Source: Hamiltosporidium tvaerminnensis FI-OER-3-3
Taxonomy: Eukaryota > Fungi > Microsporidia
Direction of reading: 5' to 3'
Assembly (NCBI GenBank): GCA_022605425.2
Contig: JAKIMF020000004.1
Coordinates: 806,001 to 870,000, forward strand
DNA: 64,000 nucleotides
Program-made: the position numbers and the translations under genes
In this document: positions 38,989-49,907 of the stretch, one piece after another
Layout: every line of letters begins with the position of its first letter
Position numbering within the stretch: the stretch's first letter is position 1
The notes under the pieces: model-generated
What the model was told of the DNA's origin: nothing
Seen by the model: the letters and a program-made list of their open reading frames with translations, nothing else
Database searches by the model: none

Positions 38989-39982
38989 CCATTCCCTTAT
39001 AATTCTGAATAATGACAGATTAAAGAAAACAGCTTTAAAAATAAAGAACTGTTTCAAAAACCAAAATATGACAAACAAAACACGAAGATTAAGATTTAAT
39101 ATGTATTAAATAAGATATTAAACTTTGAAATATTTTGACTCTTTAAAACATATCTTTTGTAAAAATAAAAAGACAAAAGAAATATAAGACATCGACCAAT
39201 AACGAAATGTGCTGGCGTTCTATTCATATATAAATACCTCTGAGAATCGGATAAAACAGAAATGAATAACTATAAAATTTAATTTAGCTTTAAAATACAA
39301 TTTAGACTTTTATCCAAAAAAGAACATTTAAATATTAAATACAGTTTTAAAAAATAATAGCTTTTATTAAATATTTTATTTAGTTTTACAAAATATAAAA
39401 TATATAAAACTATCTTTTAGATTGTTAGCTTCATTCGTATTTTAATACTAATAAATATTCCTTTTTGAATAAATTTATACTCATGTTTTCAATTTTAAAA
39501 TATAAAAAAATACACAGTTTTATTTCTTAAAATAAGTTTTATAATCAGACACAAATTTTATTCCAACTTATAACAAAGTATATTTTTTTTCCATTAAAGA
39601 AATTGGATTTAAAATTTAAATAAAAAAACTATAATTAATTATAAATAGCAATATAGTATGTAAAAATAGGTTGTGATCAAATATGGTACTTCTGATTTGT
39701 TATTATTGATATTCTACTATTGATTCTTAATCTGAATCTCAATTTTAAATTTAATGATAAAATACTGAAACTAAATGACTAATATGAATTGTTAAAGATT
39801 TTTAATCCCTGATATACTGTCTCAATATAATACTAAATATCTTCTATTCCACCTCAGACTATAAAATCTTCAACTATTAAAATCTTAATCTAATTTTAAA
39901 CCGATCTAATCGAAATACGAATCCAAATAGAAAAAAAAACAATGAAATTTGATAAATATTACGATTCAATTCATTTATTTAT

Positions 39983-40588
39983 TTAAACAGCTGGTTTAAC
40001 AGTTTCTCCTATCAAATAACTTTGTATACCAAATATAAAGATATATTGCAATGCCAAATTAATAATAGAATAAATAAATCTTTTCTTATTCGAGGTAAAC
40101 TCATAATTAGTAAGATGACACTGACTAAGATAATACTGAGTAACAATAGCCATTATAAGTATTGGTATAAAAGAAAAACCAGTAATTAATATAGAAATTA
40201 GATAAGAAAGAGGAAGATATGAGATGGAAAGAAGACTGACGTATATAAAAGAGAGATAAGTAAGAGTTTCCTTCTTAAGAAATGCCATATAAACGTAACT
40301 GGAGAATAAAGTGTAAATAAGTGTAGCTATATAAAATACTGTTATCGCCTGTCCCGAAAGAGTATAAATACTCGGTGTGAAAATATGAAAAATAAATGAA
40401 ATACCAAGAATCTGTAAGGATAAAAACAGTGGAAATAAAAAACACATGAACCATGTTGTTTGTAATGTGGACATGTCTAATGGATCGAGGGTTAAAGATT
40501 TGGCGTAGTAGGTTAAGTTTGTATTATATGATGGCTCTGTTACTGATATTCTGTTCCTTGGAAGTATGCTCCTGTTTTGAATTACCAT
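39983..40588 (-). CDS. multi-pass membrane protein, possibly Yip1-domain
   Basis: 201 aa with a soluble N-terminus then ~5 TM segments. Family assigned on topology only. Confidence 0.55.
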   Translation of the reverse strand: MVIQNRSILPRNRISVTEPSYNTNLTYYAKSLTLDPLDMSTLQTTWFMCFLFPLFLSLQILGISFIFHIFTPSIYTLSGQAITVFYIATLIYTLFSSYVYMAFLKKETLTYLSFIYVSLLSISYLPLSYLISILITGFSFIPILIMAIVTQYYLSQCHLTNYEFTSNKKRFIYSIINLALQYIFIFGIQSYLIGETVKPAV

Positions 40589-41044
40589 TGTTTATTTTTT
40601 TTGTTTTTTTTTGTTTTAAAAATATTTTTATTTCTATTTTAGTTTAATTAGTAAGGGAGTGTTAAATCATAGTATTTTGTTGTTAAAAATAAAATTTAAT
40701 TTGAAATTAAGTTTCAAATAAAGAATTAGGCATGAAATAAGTTTCAAGTAGAAGAAAAATATAAAATGTTTCAAATAATAAAATTTAATTTGAAAAAAAT
40801 TAAGTTTCAGGAAATAAAATTTGTTTCAAGAAATAATTTTAAGCAAAAGAAAATTCAAAAATATCTCAAAGCTAAAGAATTCTAAACTTATATTCCTTTT
40901 TTCTAAAAACTGTATGAAAGATTATTCCCAAGTAAAATATAAAATATTTATTTAGAATAAATATATGATTAAATTATTTCTACTTTCAATTATTAATTAT
41001 TGTAGAATAATTTATAACTAATTATTGTATATTATTTAGAATAA

Positions 41045-43919
41045 TCATGGGTAGAAAGAAAAATGTTAGCAGCGAAATATCGAATAATACCAAAATAAAG
41101 GCTGCAAACGACGCTGATGAGGTGAAAAAGAGTGATAGTGAGATACAAAATGTAGCTACACCCACCGGCGATTCCCTACCTTCCTCCTCCTACACAACAA
41201 TAACACCTCCACCACCAGCCAAACATGCAGTAAAATGCAAAATAGTGGGCTTGACACCTACCTTCGCCTAATGCACCAGTTCCTCTTCGGTTGAAGTTCT
41301 GCGTGCGAGCCATCGTACGACATGAAAGCCCCTGTACTCTAGTATTCCAGGTAACAGGCTAATGGCATTGCGGACGATATTCGATTCCGTAACAGCCGAC
41401 CCGAAGGAATGGCCTCAATTGTTTTTTGAGTAAGACAAGGTTTGAAGAATGCCAAGAAATGGCTGGACAGAGCTTCACAGGTACTATAATGAGAAATTCG
41501 GCTGCACTGAAACTCTCGAAGTGTTAAAAATTGGCACAAAGTGAGATGGGAAGGATGTAAAATCGAAGAGAATGAGAGCGACGTGAATCGCCACTTGTCT
41601 CGCTGATACATGCACCTTGACCGACACCACGGAGTACATAAACCTGAGAGATAAATTCTTGAGTAAAATCAAGAAATCTCTGAGAACGAAATTGAAAGTA
41701 GTGGTCGAACTGAAACATCCAAATGAATTGGTTGATAGTAAGTTCTGGATCTCATTAATCGAGTAGTCGGTGATATGCGGAGCTCATGTACCTGAGTCAT
41801 TACGAAGCCGGTTTTGGCTGCGCGGATGCTTCGGCCACGGAAGCCTGATCCGCTTGGACATGTATTTCTGTTGTCTTTCGATCTTCGGCTCGTGGGCTCT
41901 CCCTCACGGCCTTGAAATCATGGGTTTATTTAACTTGGGCGTTTTTTCTGGGCTTTGTTGATGGTCTTTGATGTTTACATATGCATGGTAGCATTCAAGA
42001 GAATCGTTGTTTGTTTTCGGTTTTTGGGTTTCTGCGTTTGTCCGTGTGGTTGCCTATATTGTGTTTTGGTCTATGTAATGATGCAGTGTCATGATTTTTG
42101 ATTCCTTTGTATCGATAATCATCCACCGTCCTTCCTTGATGATTTGTATTCATTATTGGCTCCTATTGAGCTGCTATTATGGTTTTCATTTTTATTAAAC
42201 TTCACTCTTCATATTTTTGATATTGTGTTTTGTTTGACTGTGATTGTTTACTGCGGCTTACGTATTTGATACCGAATTCCCAGCTCTACTGGCCAATCAC
42301 TTGTTGTCCACCTCTTAGTTACAAGTGTGTACGTCGTTCACTTGGTGGGGGTTGTTGCACCTTGGGGCGGTGGGTGGGCGGCTCTCTATATTGCCTTAAT
42401 AGAGACTTACATCTTGGACATGGTTGATGTTAAGCTTATGATTCATGATCTGCTTATTTAACTCATGCTAACCTATTTCCTGATTGGATCCTGAATTTAT
42501 TAAGGTAATTATATCAATGGATTGATTATGTGGGCCTAAAAATTGGGAAGATTGATGGGGATCCTGCGATGTCTGTCACCTTTGTTATTTGTGTTGTGTA
42601 TGGATCCATTGGCTTTGAATCCGTGACGTACACATGATCCCATTCTACAATCATTCTTGTTTATTGATGATCTTGTCCTTAGACAGCTCCATTGTGTTGA
42701 CGGCGGCGGATTTTTGAGGTGATTGGTTGATTACGGTGCCAAATGATACGTTTGTGAAGATACTGCTACTCTTCTGGGTGTTGTGTTTACAATATTTGGA
42801 TATGGATGGAATCCACACGTAGCTCTTTGAGTGCACTTTATGAGTTGAGACTTTGTCACACTGATTAATGCAAAATTTATTTTCTGCATCATCACATGGA
42901 TATCGTTATCACTACCACATGGTACTTCGACTTGACCGCTGACTTTCTGTTGATGATGGTGTGGTGTTGTTAAATAGATACATCTCCGCCCGGATGTGGG
43001 GTTGTATCTTCCTGACAGAACTTGAGAGGCCTCATAGTGTTGGTTGCAGCGAACAATGCTTCTGCACTCTTGGATTGTCTGGAAAGTGAAATATCAACTG
43101 ACGGATCCTAGGTGGGTATATAAACCCATTTGCACTATAAGGCTTCTTAAAGTGTACGGTTGGCGGGTCACTGGTTTGGAAGCTCAACTTGCAAACTATA
43201 TAACGAAATGAAAACAAACTCCATTCAAGTTATATATGGGAATGGCTTGTGTGTTGTACTCTTAGTGGCTATATTGGCCCTGGTGTGTTCTGTTATCCGG
43301 ATGATGTATCTGGGGGTGTGTGTCACATTGGGGTCTGTGACTGTGGATCATCGCACTGTGTGAATGCTGCCATGTTACACTGACGCATATGGTGGTTGTG
43401 CCTACACCTTCTCCTTCTAATAGATATGTTTGTCTTAACGAATGAGCCACTCGTTGAAATTTTGATAATGGTATGCGGATGGTGACACGAATTAAACTGA
43501 TGTTAATTGAATAACAGACCAGACATATTTTTTTAGATAAAGAGAATGATACACTCATTGTGGAATCACTTCCCGATTCACTTCAATAGTTGACTAAACT
43601 TGTATGCTCTGCCATGTTGGGCCTTTTTATAAGTGTGTTTATATCCCTTTTGATGACCTGGACGGTATTGTGCAAATACCTAATCTCATCTTAAAGACTA
43701 ACCCTGATGTGTACATCGTCTTGTACTTGAGTCACACTTTGATCCGACTTGTCATTATGCCGTGGTCTGGGTGTTTTATGATCTGCATGACCTACCCCTT
43801 TAAGGCACGGTGGTGCCAAATTTTAACCAATATGCCCTTTTTTTACAGGGGACCCTTTGACCACCCTAATGGAGTCTTTGGGCGGTTTGAACGTATGATT
43901 TTTAACTTTTTTAAATAAA
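41045..43919 (+). mobile_element. R4-like LINE copy spanning both ends, heavily degraded (adenine-depleted)
   Basis: Starts MGRKKNVSSEIS like 44930, is collinear to the 3' end, and ends TTAAATAAA. TSD ATTATTTAGAATAA at 41031-41044 and 43920-43933. Confidence 0.88.
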
Positions 43920-44152
43920 ATTATTTAGAATAAATTAAAACAAAACCATATTTATTTTCACTGATATTAGTATAATTTGATAAGAAAACTCAATTTATTT
44001 GAATTATATAAGCTTAAATTTATATTTTCCCGAATTCATTTATAGATTTATATACTAGAAAGTATTTATTGATATGAAATATAATTTCTTTCAATTAGGA
44101 TTCCTATTTTGAATTCAATTAAGAACTACAGTTTGGTTAAAATTTAAAAAAC

Positions 44153-44877
44153 TTTATTTAAAAGTATCACATCTTTTTAAAACAGTGGCAAGTGTTATAT
44201 TTGTTTTTATGACATTAACGCAGTTCTAGGTTTAACATAAATGACTGCTACCCCAACACTCCATCGGTAACCCCTGCGATACCTACGTCCCAAAGCCTTT
44301 CATCTACCAGGTGTGTAGAACCTAATTAACAGGCGAGGCAGTTGCCCGGAGTTCGTTAATGTTCGTTGCATGGAGTGTGATCGAAGGCCGAACCCCCCTG
44401 GGCTCCCCCAAGACTATGCAGCATTCCCACTTACTCTACACTTTCTGAACCCAATGAACTTCTAGCTAAGATATATTTCAGAGATTTACATGGGGTCCAC
44501 CTAGACATTGCAATTCATACCAACAGGTATAACCCGCTACTTAGCTCTCCCGGCTTTTAATGGTTTTTATTGTTATATCTCCCAGGCGCATAGTCTTCTA
44601 ACCTGTGTGGGTAAGGCTAGGTTTCCATGCTTTTACATGGCAATTACCTACATGTTCAGCTGCGGTCTGCAATCTGGTTACATAAAAAACTACAAATAAA
44701 TTTGTAGAAAAAGTTTCTCCATTTCTTAGACCTCTGCTCTTCATAACAACTCCCATGGAACAACCGAAGATGTAGTATGGTTTTATTCCCAACAAAAATC
44801 CAAACAATTATATCGTATATCAATCTCACGTAAAATTACCAATCAGAAAGTTTTTTATGTGGTTATCCTCCCTCCAC
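44153..44877 (-). mobile_element. SINE-like structured repeat, copy 8 (young, full length)
   Basis: Near-identical inverse of 49908-50640. Possible TSD core GTTTGGTT at 44131-44138 and 44880-44887. Confidence 0.95.
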
Positions 44878-44929
44878 CCGTTTGGTTTAATATATTTATA
44901 TAACCATATTATGATGTTATAAGAAAATT

Positions 44930-47900
44930 ATGGGTAGAAAGAAAAATGTTAGCAGCGAAATATCGAAAAATACCAAAATAAAGGCTGCAAACGACGCTGA
45001 TGAGGTGAAAAAGAGTGATAGTGAGGTACAAAAATGTAAGCTACACCCACCGGCGATTTCCCTACCTTCCTCCTCCTACACAACAATAACACCTCCACCA
45101 CCAAGCCAAACATGCAGTAAAATGCAAAATAGTGGGCTTGATTCCTTACCTTCGCCTAATGCACCAGTTCCCTCTTCGGTTGAAGTCTCTGCGTGCGAGC
45201 CATCGTACGACATGACAAGCCCCTGTACTCTATCTATTCCGGAAGGTAACAGGCTAATGGCATTGCGGACGATATTCGATTCCGTAACAGCCGACCCGAA
45301 GGAATGGCCTCGAATTGCTTTTTTTTGCAGTACAACAAGGTTTGAAAGAATGCCAAGAAATGGCTGGACAGAGCTTCACAGGTACTATAATGAGAAATTG
45401 GGCTGTACGGAAACTCTCGAAGTGTTAAAAAAATTGGCACAAAATGAGATGGGAAAGGAAGTAAAATCAGAAGAGAATGGAGAGCGACGTAGAATCGCCA
45501 CTTGGCTCGTTGATACATGCACTTTGACCGACACCACGGAGTACATAAACCTGAGAGATAAATTCTTGAGAAAATCAAAGAAATCTCGGAGAACGAAATT
45601 GGAAAAGTGGTAGTCCGAACTAGAAAACATCCAAATGAATTGGTTGATAGTAAAGTTCTGGATCTCATGAATCAAGTAGTCGGTGAATATGCAGGAGCTC
45701 ATGTACCTGAGTCAATTACGGAAGCCGCGTATATCATGCAAGCTGCGCAGATATGCTATGACGAGGCAACACGTAAAGAGAAGCCTAGATCCGCTTGGAA
45801 GGAAAACATAGAAAGTAAAATTTCTAAGTTAGTACTTTCCAAAGATCTTCTCGAGAAGGCTCGTAAGCAGGAAAAGCTCTCCATTTCGGAAACAAAGAGC
45901 CGTAGAAAAATTATGCGAGAGTTTAATTTAGACCTAAGCAAAATAAATGATTCTCTGAAGCTTTGGTTAAGAAGAATGAGTCTTTGAATGTTTACGAGAA
46001 AAAAATTACGATGTATGAAAGTAGGAAGCAATTCCGAAAAGAGAACCGTATGTTTGAGCTTTTCCGAGGTCTATTCTATCGTGGGTTATCTGAGCGTGTA
46101 GAATCCGAGTATGTGGTTAGCCGTGATGAAATTGTGAGTTTTTGTTCTACACCGTGGAACAAAAATGATGACACAGTCACGTACGATGATTATTTGATTC
46201 CATTTGTATCAGATAGACATCCGACCACGTTTCCTTCACTTGATGAATTTGTAAATATCATTAATTGGCTTCCCAATTGGAAAGCTGCTGGAATTGATGG
46301 TATTTACAATTTTTTCATTAAGAAACTTACAACTCTTCACAAATATCTTTATGATATTGTGAAAGTTATATGTTTAGAAGGAACACCTCAAGCTGATTGG
46401 TTTTACTGCGGGCTTACGTATTTGATACCGAAAGGAATTCCACGAAGAGGCTCTGACTACAGGCCAATCACTTGTATGTCCAACCTCTACAAGTTAACGA
46501 CAAAGTGTGTAACGAAAGTCGTTCAAATTGAAGTGGAAAGACGAGGGTTGCTTGCAGAGAACCAATTAGGGGCGGTAAGAGGTGTGCAGGGAGCAAAAGA
46601 GCAGGCTCTACTGAACATTGCGCTGAATAAAGAGTACGGAAACAATCTTAAGGCAACAGTGATTGATGTTAAAAAAGCTTATGATTCAATAGATCATGCT
46701 TATTTAACTCAATGCATTGAAAACCATAATTTATCTGATTTGATTATGAAATTTATTAAGGTAATTATATCAAAATGGAAAATTGATATATCAGTAGGGC
46801 CTGAAAAAATCATTAGCAAGAAGATTGATAGAGGGATTCTACAAGGAGAATGTCTGTCACCTTTGTTATTTGTGTTACGTATGGATCCATTAAGCCGAAA
46901 GCTTAATGAAAAATACACAAAAGTGACAGTACAAACAGATACAGAATCCCATTTTACTAATCATCTCTTGTTTATTGATGATCTTAAGCTCCTTGCAAAA
47001 GACAGCTCCACATTGAGTGCTATGACAGGCGAGGCAAAGGAATTTTTAGAGGTGATTGGCTTAGAGATTAACAAAGAGAAGTCAGCCACAAATGATACGT
47101 GTTGTGAAGATACTGCAACTCTTCTAGAAGGTGTTAGTATTTACAAATATTTAGGAATAATAGAAGATACCAGAGGAATTCCAACACGTAGCTTATTTGA
47201 AGAAGAACAAAGCAAACTTATATCAAGAGTTGAAAGACTTTGTCACACAAGATTAAATGCAAAAAATTTATTTTCTGCAATCAATCAGCATGCGATATCG
47301 TTAATCAACTATAATATAGGAGTACTTCGACTTGAACCGGCTGACTTCTCTAAGTTAGATGATGCAGTGCGTGCGGTGTTGGTGAAGAATAAGATACATC
47401 TCCGCCCTGGATGTAAAGAGCGTTTATACCTTCCTAGAACAGAACTTGGAAGAGGCCTACATACTGTTGAGTTGCGAAGCGAACATATGCTTCTGCAACT
47501 CTTGGATTGTCCGGAAAAAATTAAAGAAATATCAACTAGACGAGCAGCAATCCTCAAGGTGGAGAATAATAATAAAACCTATCTTGCACTAATAAAAGGC
47601 TTCTTAAAAATAAAGTACAGGTTGGTAGAAGAAGTCACTAAGAAAAGTTTAGAAGAAGCTCAACTTGCAAAACTATATAACGAAATAGAAAAACGAAAAC
47701 TACATTCAAAGTTATATAATGCAAGAAAAAATGAGCTTGTGAGTGTTAGTGACTCTTCAAGATGGCTAAAGAGAAGAAATATTAGGCCACGAAATGAAGC
47801 TGTGCTCTGCTATATCCAGGATAGAAAAATATTCTGGGGAGCAGATGGTGTGTGTCAACATTGCGGGAAGTCTGGTAAGACTCTAGATCATCTAGTAACC

Positions 47901-48750
47901 CGATGTGAAAAAATGCTAGGCCATGATTACACTAGACGGCATAATGAAGTGGTTAGATGCCTACACTTACTTCTCTTAAATAGATATAAGTTTAAGTCCT
48001 CAAAACGAATTTGGAGTCACTCAGTTCAAGAAATTCTTGATAATGAGTACGCAGAGATAAGAGTGGACACCAGAATAAAAACTGATGTTAAAATTCGGAA
48101 TAACAGACCGGACATGTTTATTTTAGATAAGAAGAAGAATAAGATAACACTCATTGAAGTAGGAATCACTTCCCAAGATTCACTTCAAATAGTTGAAAAT
48201 GAAAAACTTAGGAAATATGACCTGCTAGCCAATGAGTTTGGTCTTATTTATAGGTGTAGTGTTGAGATAATCCCTTATGTGATGACCTGGGACGGTATTG
48301 TGACAAAATACCATAAATCTCATCTTAAAAGACTAGAAATACCCATGAATGTAGAGGCATACATTCAGTCTATAGTACTTGAGAAGACAGTCGAAACAAT
48401 TTCCTCTGTTTGACGAAGAGAACTTGAGCCAAGACTAAATGCCGAAGAGAGCTGGGAGAGAGCGTCAATGGGTGTTATTATGAGATCAGAGATGCACGAG
48501 GAACCAACACACCCTTTAAAAAAAGAGAAGAGATAAAAAATGGTGCAAAAAACAATACGTCCCTTATTTCAGAAGGAGAAACCACGTTAGAGGAACCGAC
48601 GATCAACATAAATGAAGAGTTGGATTTAGAAGAAGAAAAAACATTAGTAAACGAGGTAGAAGCAAATGCATAAAAATCGTAAACCTATTTTAACCTAAAA
48701 TTTTATTAAATAATTTGATAGGGAAATTAAATAGGTATGTTAGTATAATT
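44930..48750 (+). mobile_element. full-length R4/Dong-like non-LTR retrotransposon (RLE class) with two frameshifts
   Basis: Overlapping ORFs 44930-45613, 45607-45987 and 45963-48413. Candidate TSD TGTTATAAGAA(A/T)ATT at 44915-44929 and 48751-48765. Confidence 0.92.
45963..48413 (+). CDS. reverse transcriptase + CCHC zinc knuckle + restriction-like endonuclease (C-terminal portion of the LINE ORF)
   Basis: KAAGIDG, DYRPIT, IDVKKAYDS, GILQGECLSPLLF, FIDD, YKYLG; CQHC-x8-H-x4-C; RHN; RPD...IEV...K..KY. Confidence 0.96.
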   Translation: MVKKNESLNVYEKKITMYESRKQFRKENRMFELFRGLFYRGLSERVESEYVVSRDEIVSFCSTPWNKNDDTVTYDDYLIPFVSDRHPTTFPSLDEFVNIINWLPNWKAAGIDGIYNFFIKKLTTLHKYLYDIVKVICLEGTPQADWFYCGLTYLIPKGIPRRGSDYRPITCMSNLYKLTTKCVTKVVQIEVERRGLLAENQLGAVRGVQGAKEQALLNIALNKEYGNNLKATVIDVKKAYDSIDHAYLTQCIENHNLSDLIMKFIKVIISKWKIDISVGPEKIISKKIDRGILQGECLSPLLFVLRMDPLSRKLNEKYTKVTVQTDTESHFTNHLLFIDDLKLLAKDSSTLSAMTGEAKEFLEVIGLEINKEKSATNDTCCEDTATLLEGVSIYKYLGIIEDTRGIPTRSLFEEEQSKLISRVERLCHTRLNAKNLFSAINQHAISLINYNIGVLRLEPADFSKLDDAVRAVLVKNKIHLRPGCKERLYLPRTELGRGLHTVELRSEHMLLQLLDCPEKIKEISTRRAAILKVENNNKTYLALIKGFLKIKYRLVEEVTKKSLEEAQLAKLYNEIEKRKLHSKLYNARKNELVSVSDSSRWLKRRNIRPRNEAVLCYIQDRKIFWGADGVCQHCGKSGKTLDHLVTRCEKMLGHDYTRRHNEVVRCLHLLLLNRYKFKSSKRIWSHSVQEILDNEYAEIRVDTRIKTDVKIRNNRPDMFILDKKKNKITLIEVGITSQDSLQIVENEKLRKYDLLANEFGLIYRCSVEIIPYVMTWDGIVTKYHKSHLKRLEIPMNVEAYIQSIVLEKTVETISSV

Positions 48751-48948
48751 TGTTATAAGAATATTAAATAGTTATTTTGTAAATAATTAGATATAAGAAT
48801 ATTTTGTTACTGCAATTCTAACTATGTTCTAATTAAAAATTTTGTATTCAAATTAGATAAAACAGAATAAAATTTTTTAAAGAATTATTCATTAGTTTCA
48901 AATTATAAAGTTTTGAGTTACCTAAATAGTTTTTTTCATAAATTTTTG

Positions 48949-49198
48949 ATTATTTAATAAAATTCTGGGGTAACGAATTTTTCTTTTTTTTAAATAATTC
49001 TTTCCACCATTTCAACCACTTCTATCTCTTCCTCCAACTCCAACTCTTCATTTGGATTAGTTGTTGGTTCCTTTGCTGTGGTTATGCCATCCAAAATATT
49101 GGGTAAAATATTTTTTGTATTTTCCGTTTAAACATCATCTTCCTCGTTGTCTACTTGCTTTAAAAGGGGTGTTGGTTTTTTATGCATCTCAGCTCCCA
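48949..49198 (-). mobile_element. diverged 3'-terminal fragment of the LINE, inverted
   Basis: TTATTTAATAAAATTCTGGG and TTTAAAAGGGGTGTTGGTT match the 22782-23030 region. Confidence 0.75.
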
Positions 49199-49907
49199 AG
49201 AATTTTTCATAAGTATTTATTAGTTTATATATTACATATATAAGTTTTAAAAAATGAAGAATATTATTTTTTTCATTAATAAGGATAAATAAAAGATAAA
49301 ATAATGGTTTTTGGAATTGAATAGAATGTTACTCAGTAAAAAATATATAAATGTATTAAATATGAAGTTTTAAAACTGTCAAACCATTAAATTTTTTATT
49401 TAGTCTGAATATTTTTTATTTTGGAGTGAAGAGACAAATTTTTTACACTTATTTTATTTTGATTTAAACTAATATCTTAAAAGTAGATACACTCTTTTTT
49501 ATAAATGCGATTCTTATATATTAATGGAATATTTCGGAGTATTTATAGTATGAAATAAGAAAAATAGAGTTTTGTTTTAAGTGTTTAAGTAATATTCTAA
49601 ATTTTAAATTTTAGTTATGAATTTCATTTTACTTAAAAAAAACGATTTAAAAGACTTTTGAAGCTCAATAACGTTGAGAATTGCTAGGTTTTTGAATTTT
49701 TAAGAAATTTATATTTAAAAATTTTAACAAAAGTTTGCCGTAAGTTAGAGGAGGAGGCGTGGCTTAATTTATGTTTTTTACTTAAGAAATTATCTTTTTA
49801 GATATTATTTGAAAATATTTCTTTATAAAATATAAGATTTGGGTTTTTTATGTTAACCTTGCTTCCGGAATTTTATTTTAATATTTTAATACTTAGAAAA
49901 GGTAAAA

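Noticed and set aside
41770-43918. Many short ORFs on both strands
   Set aside because: They are by-products of the degraded LINE copy.
44590-44610. Telomerase RNA template (CTAACC)
   Set aside because: It is only a short match, varies among copies, and lies on the strand opposite the inferred sense.
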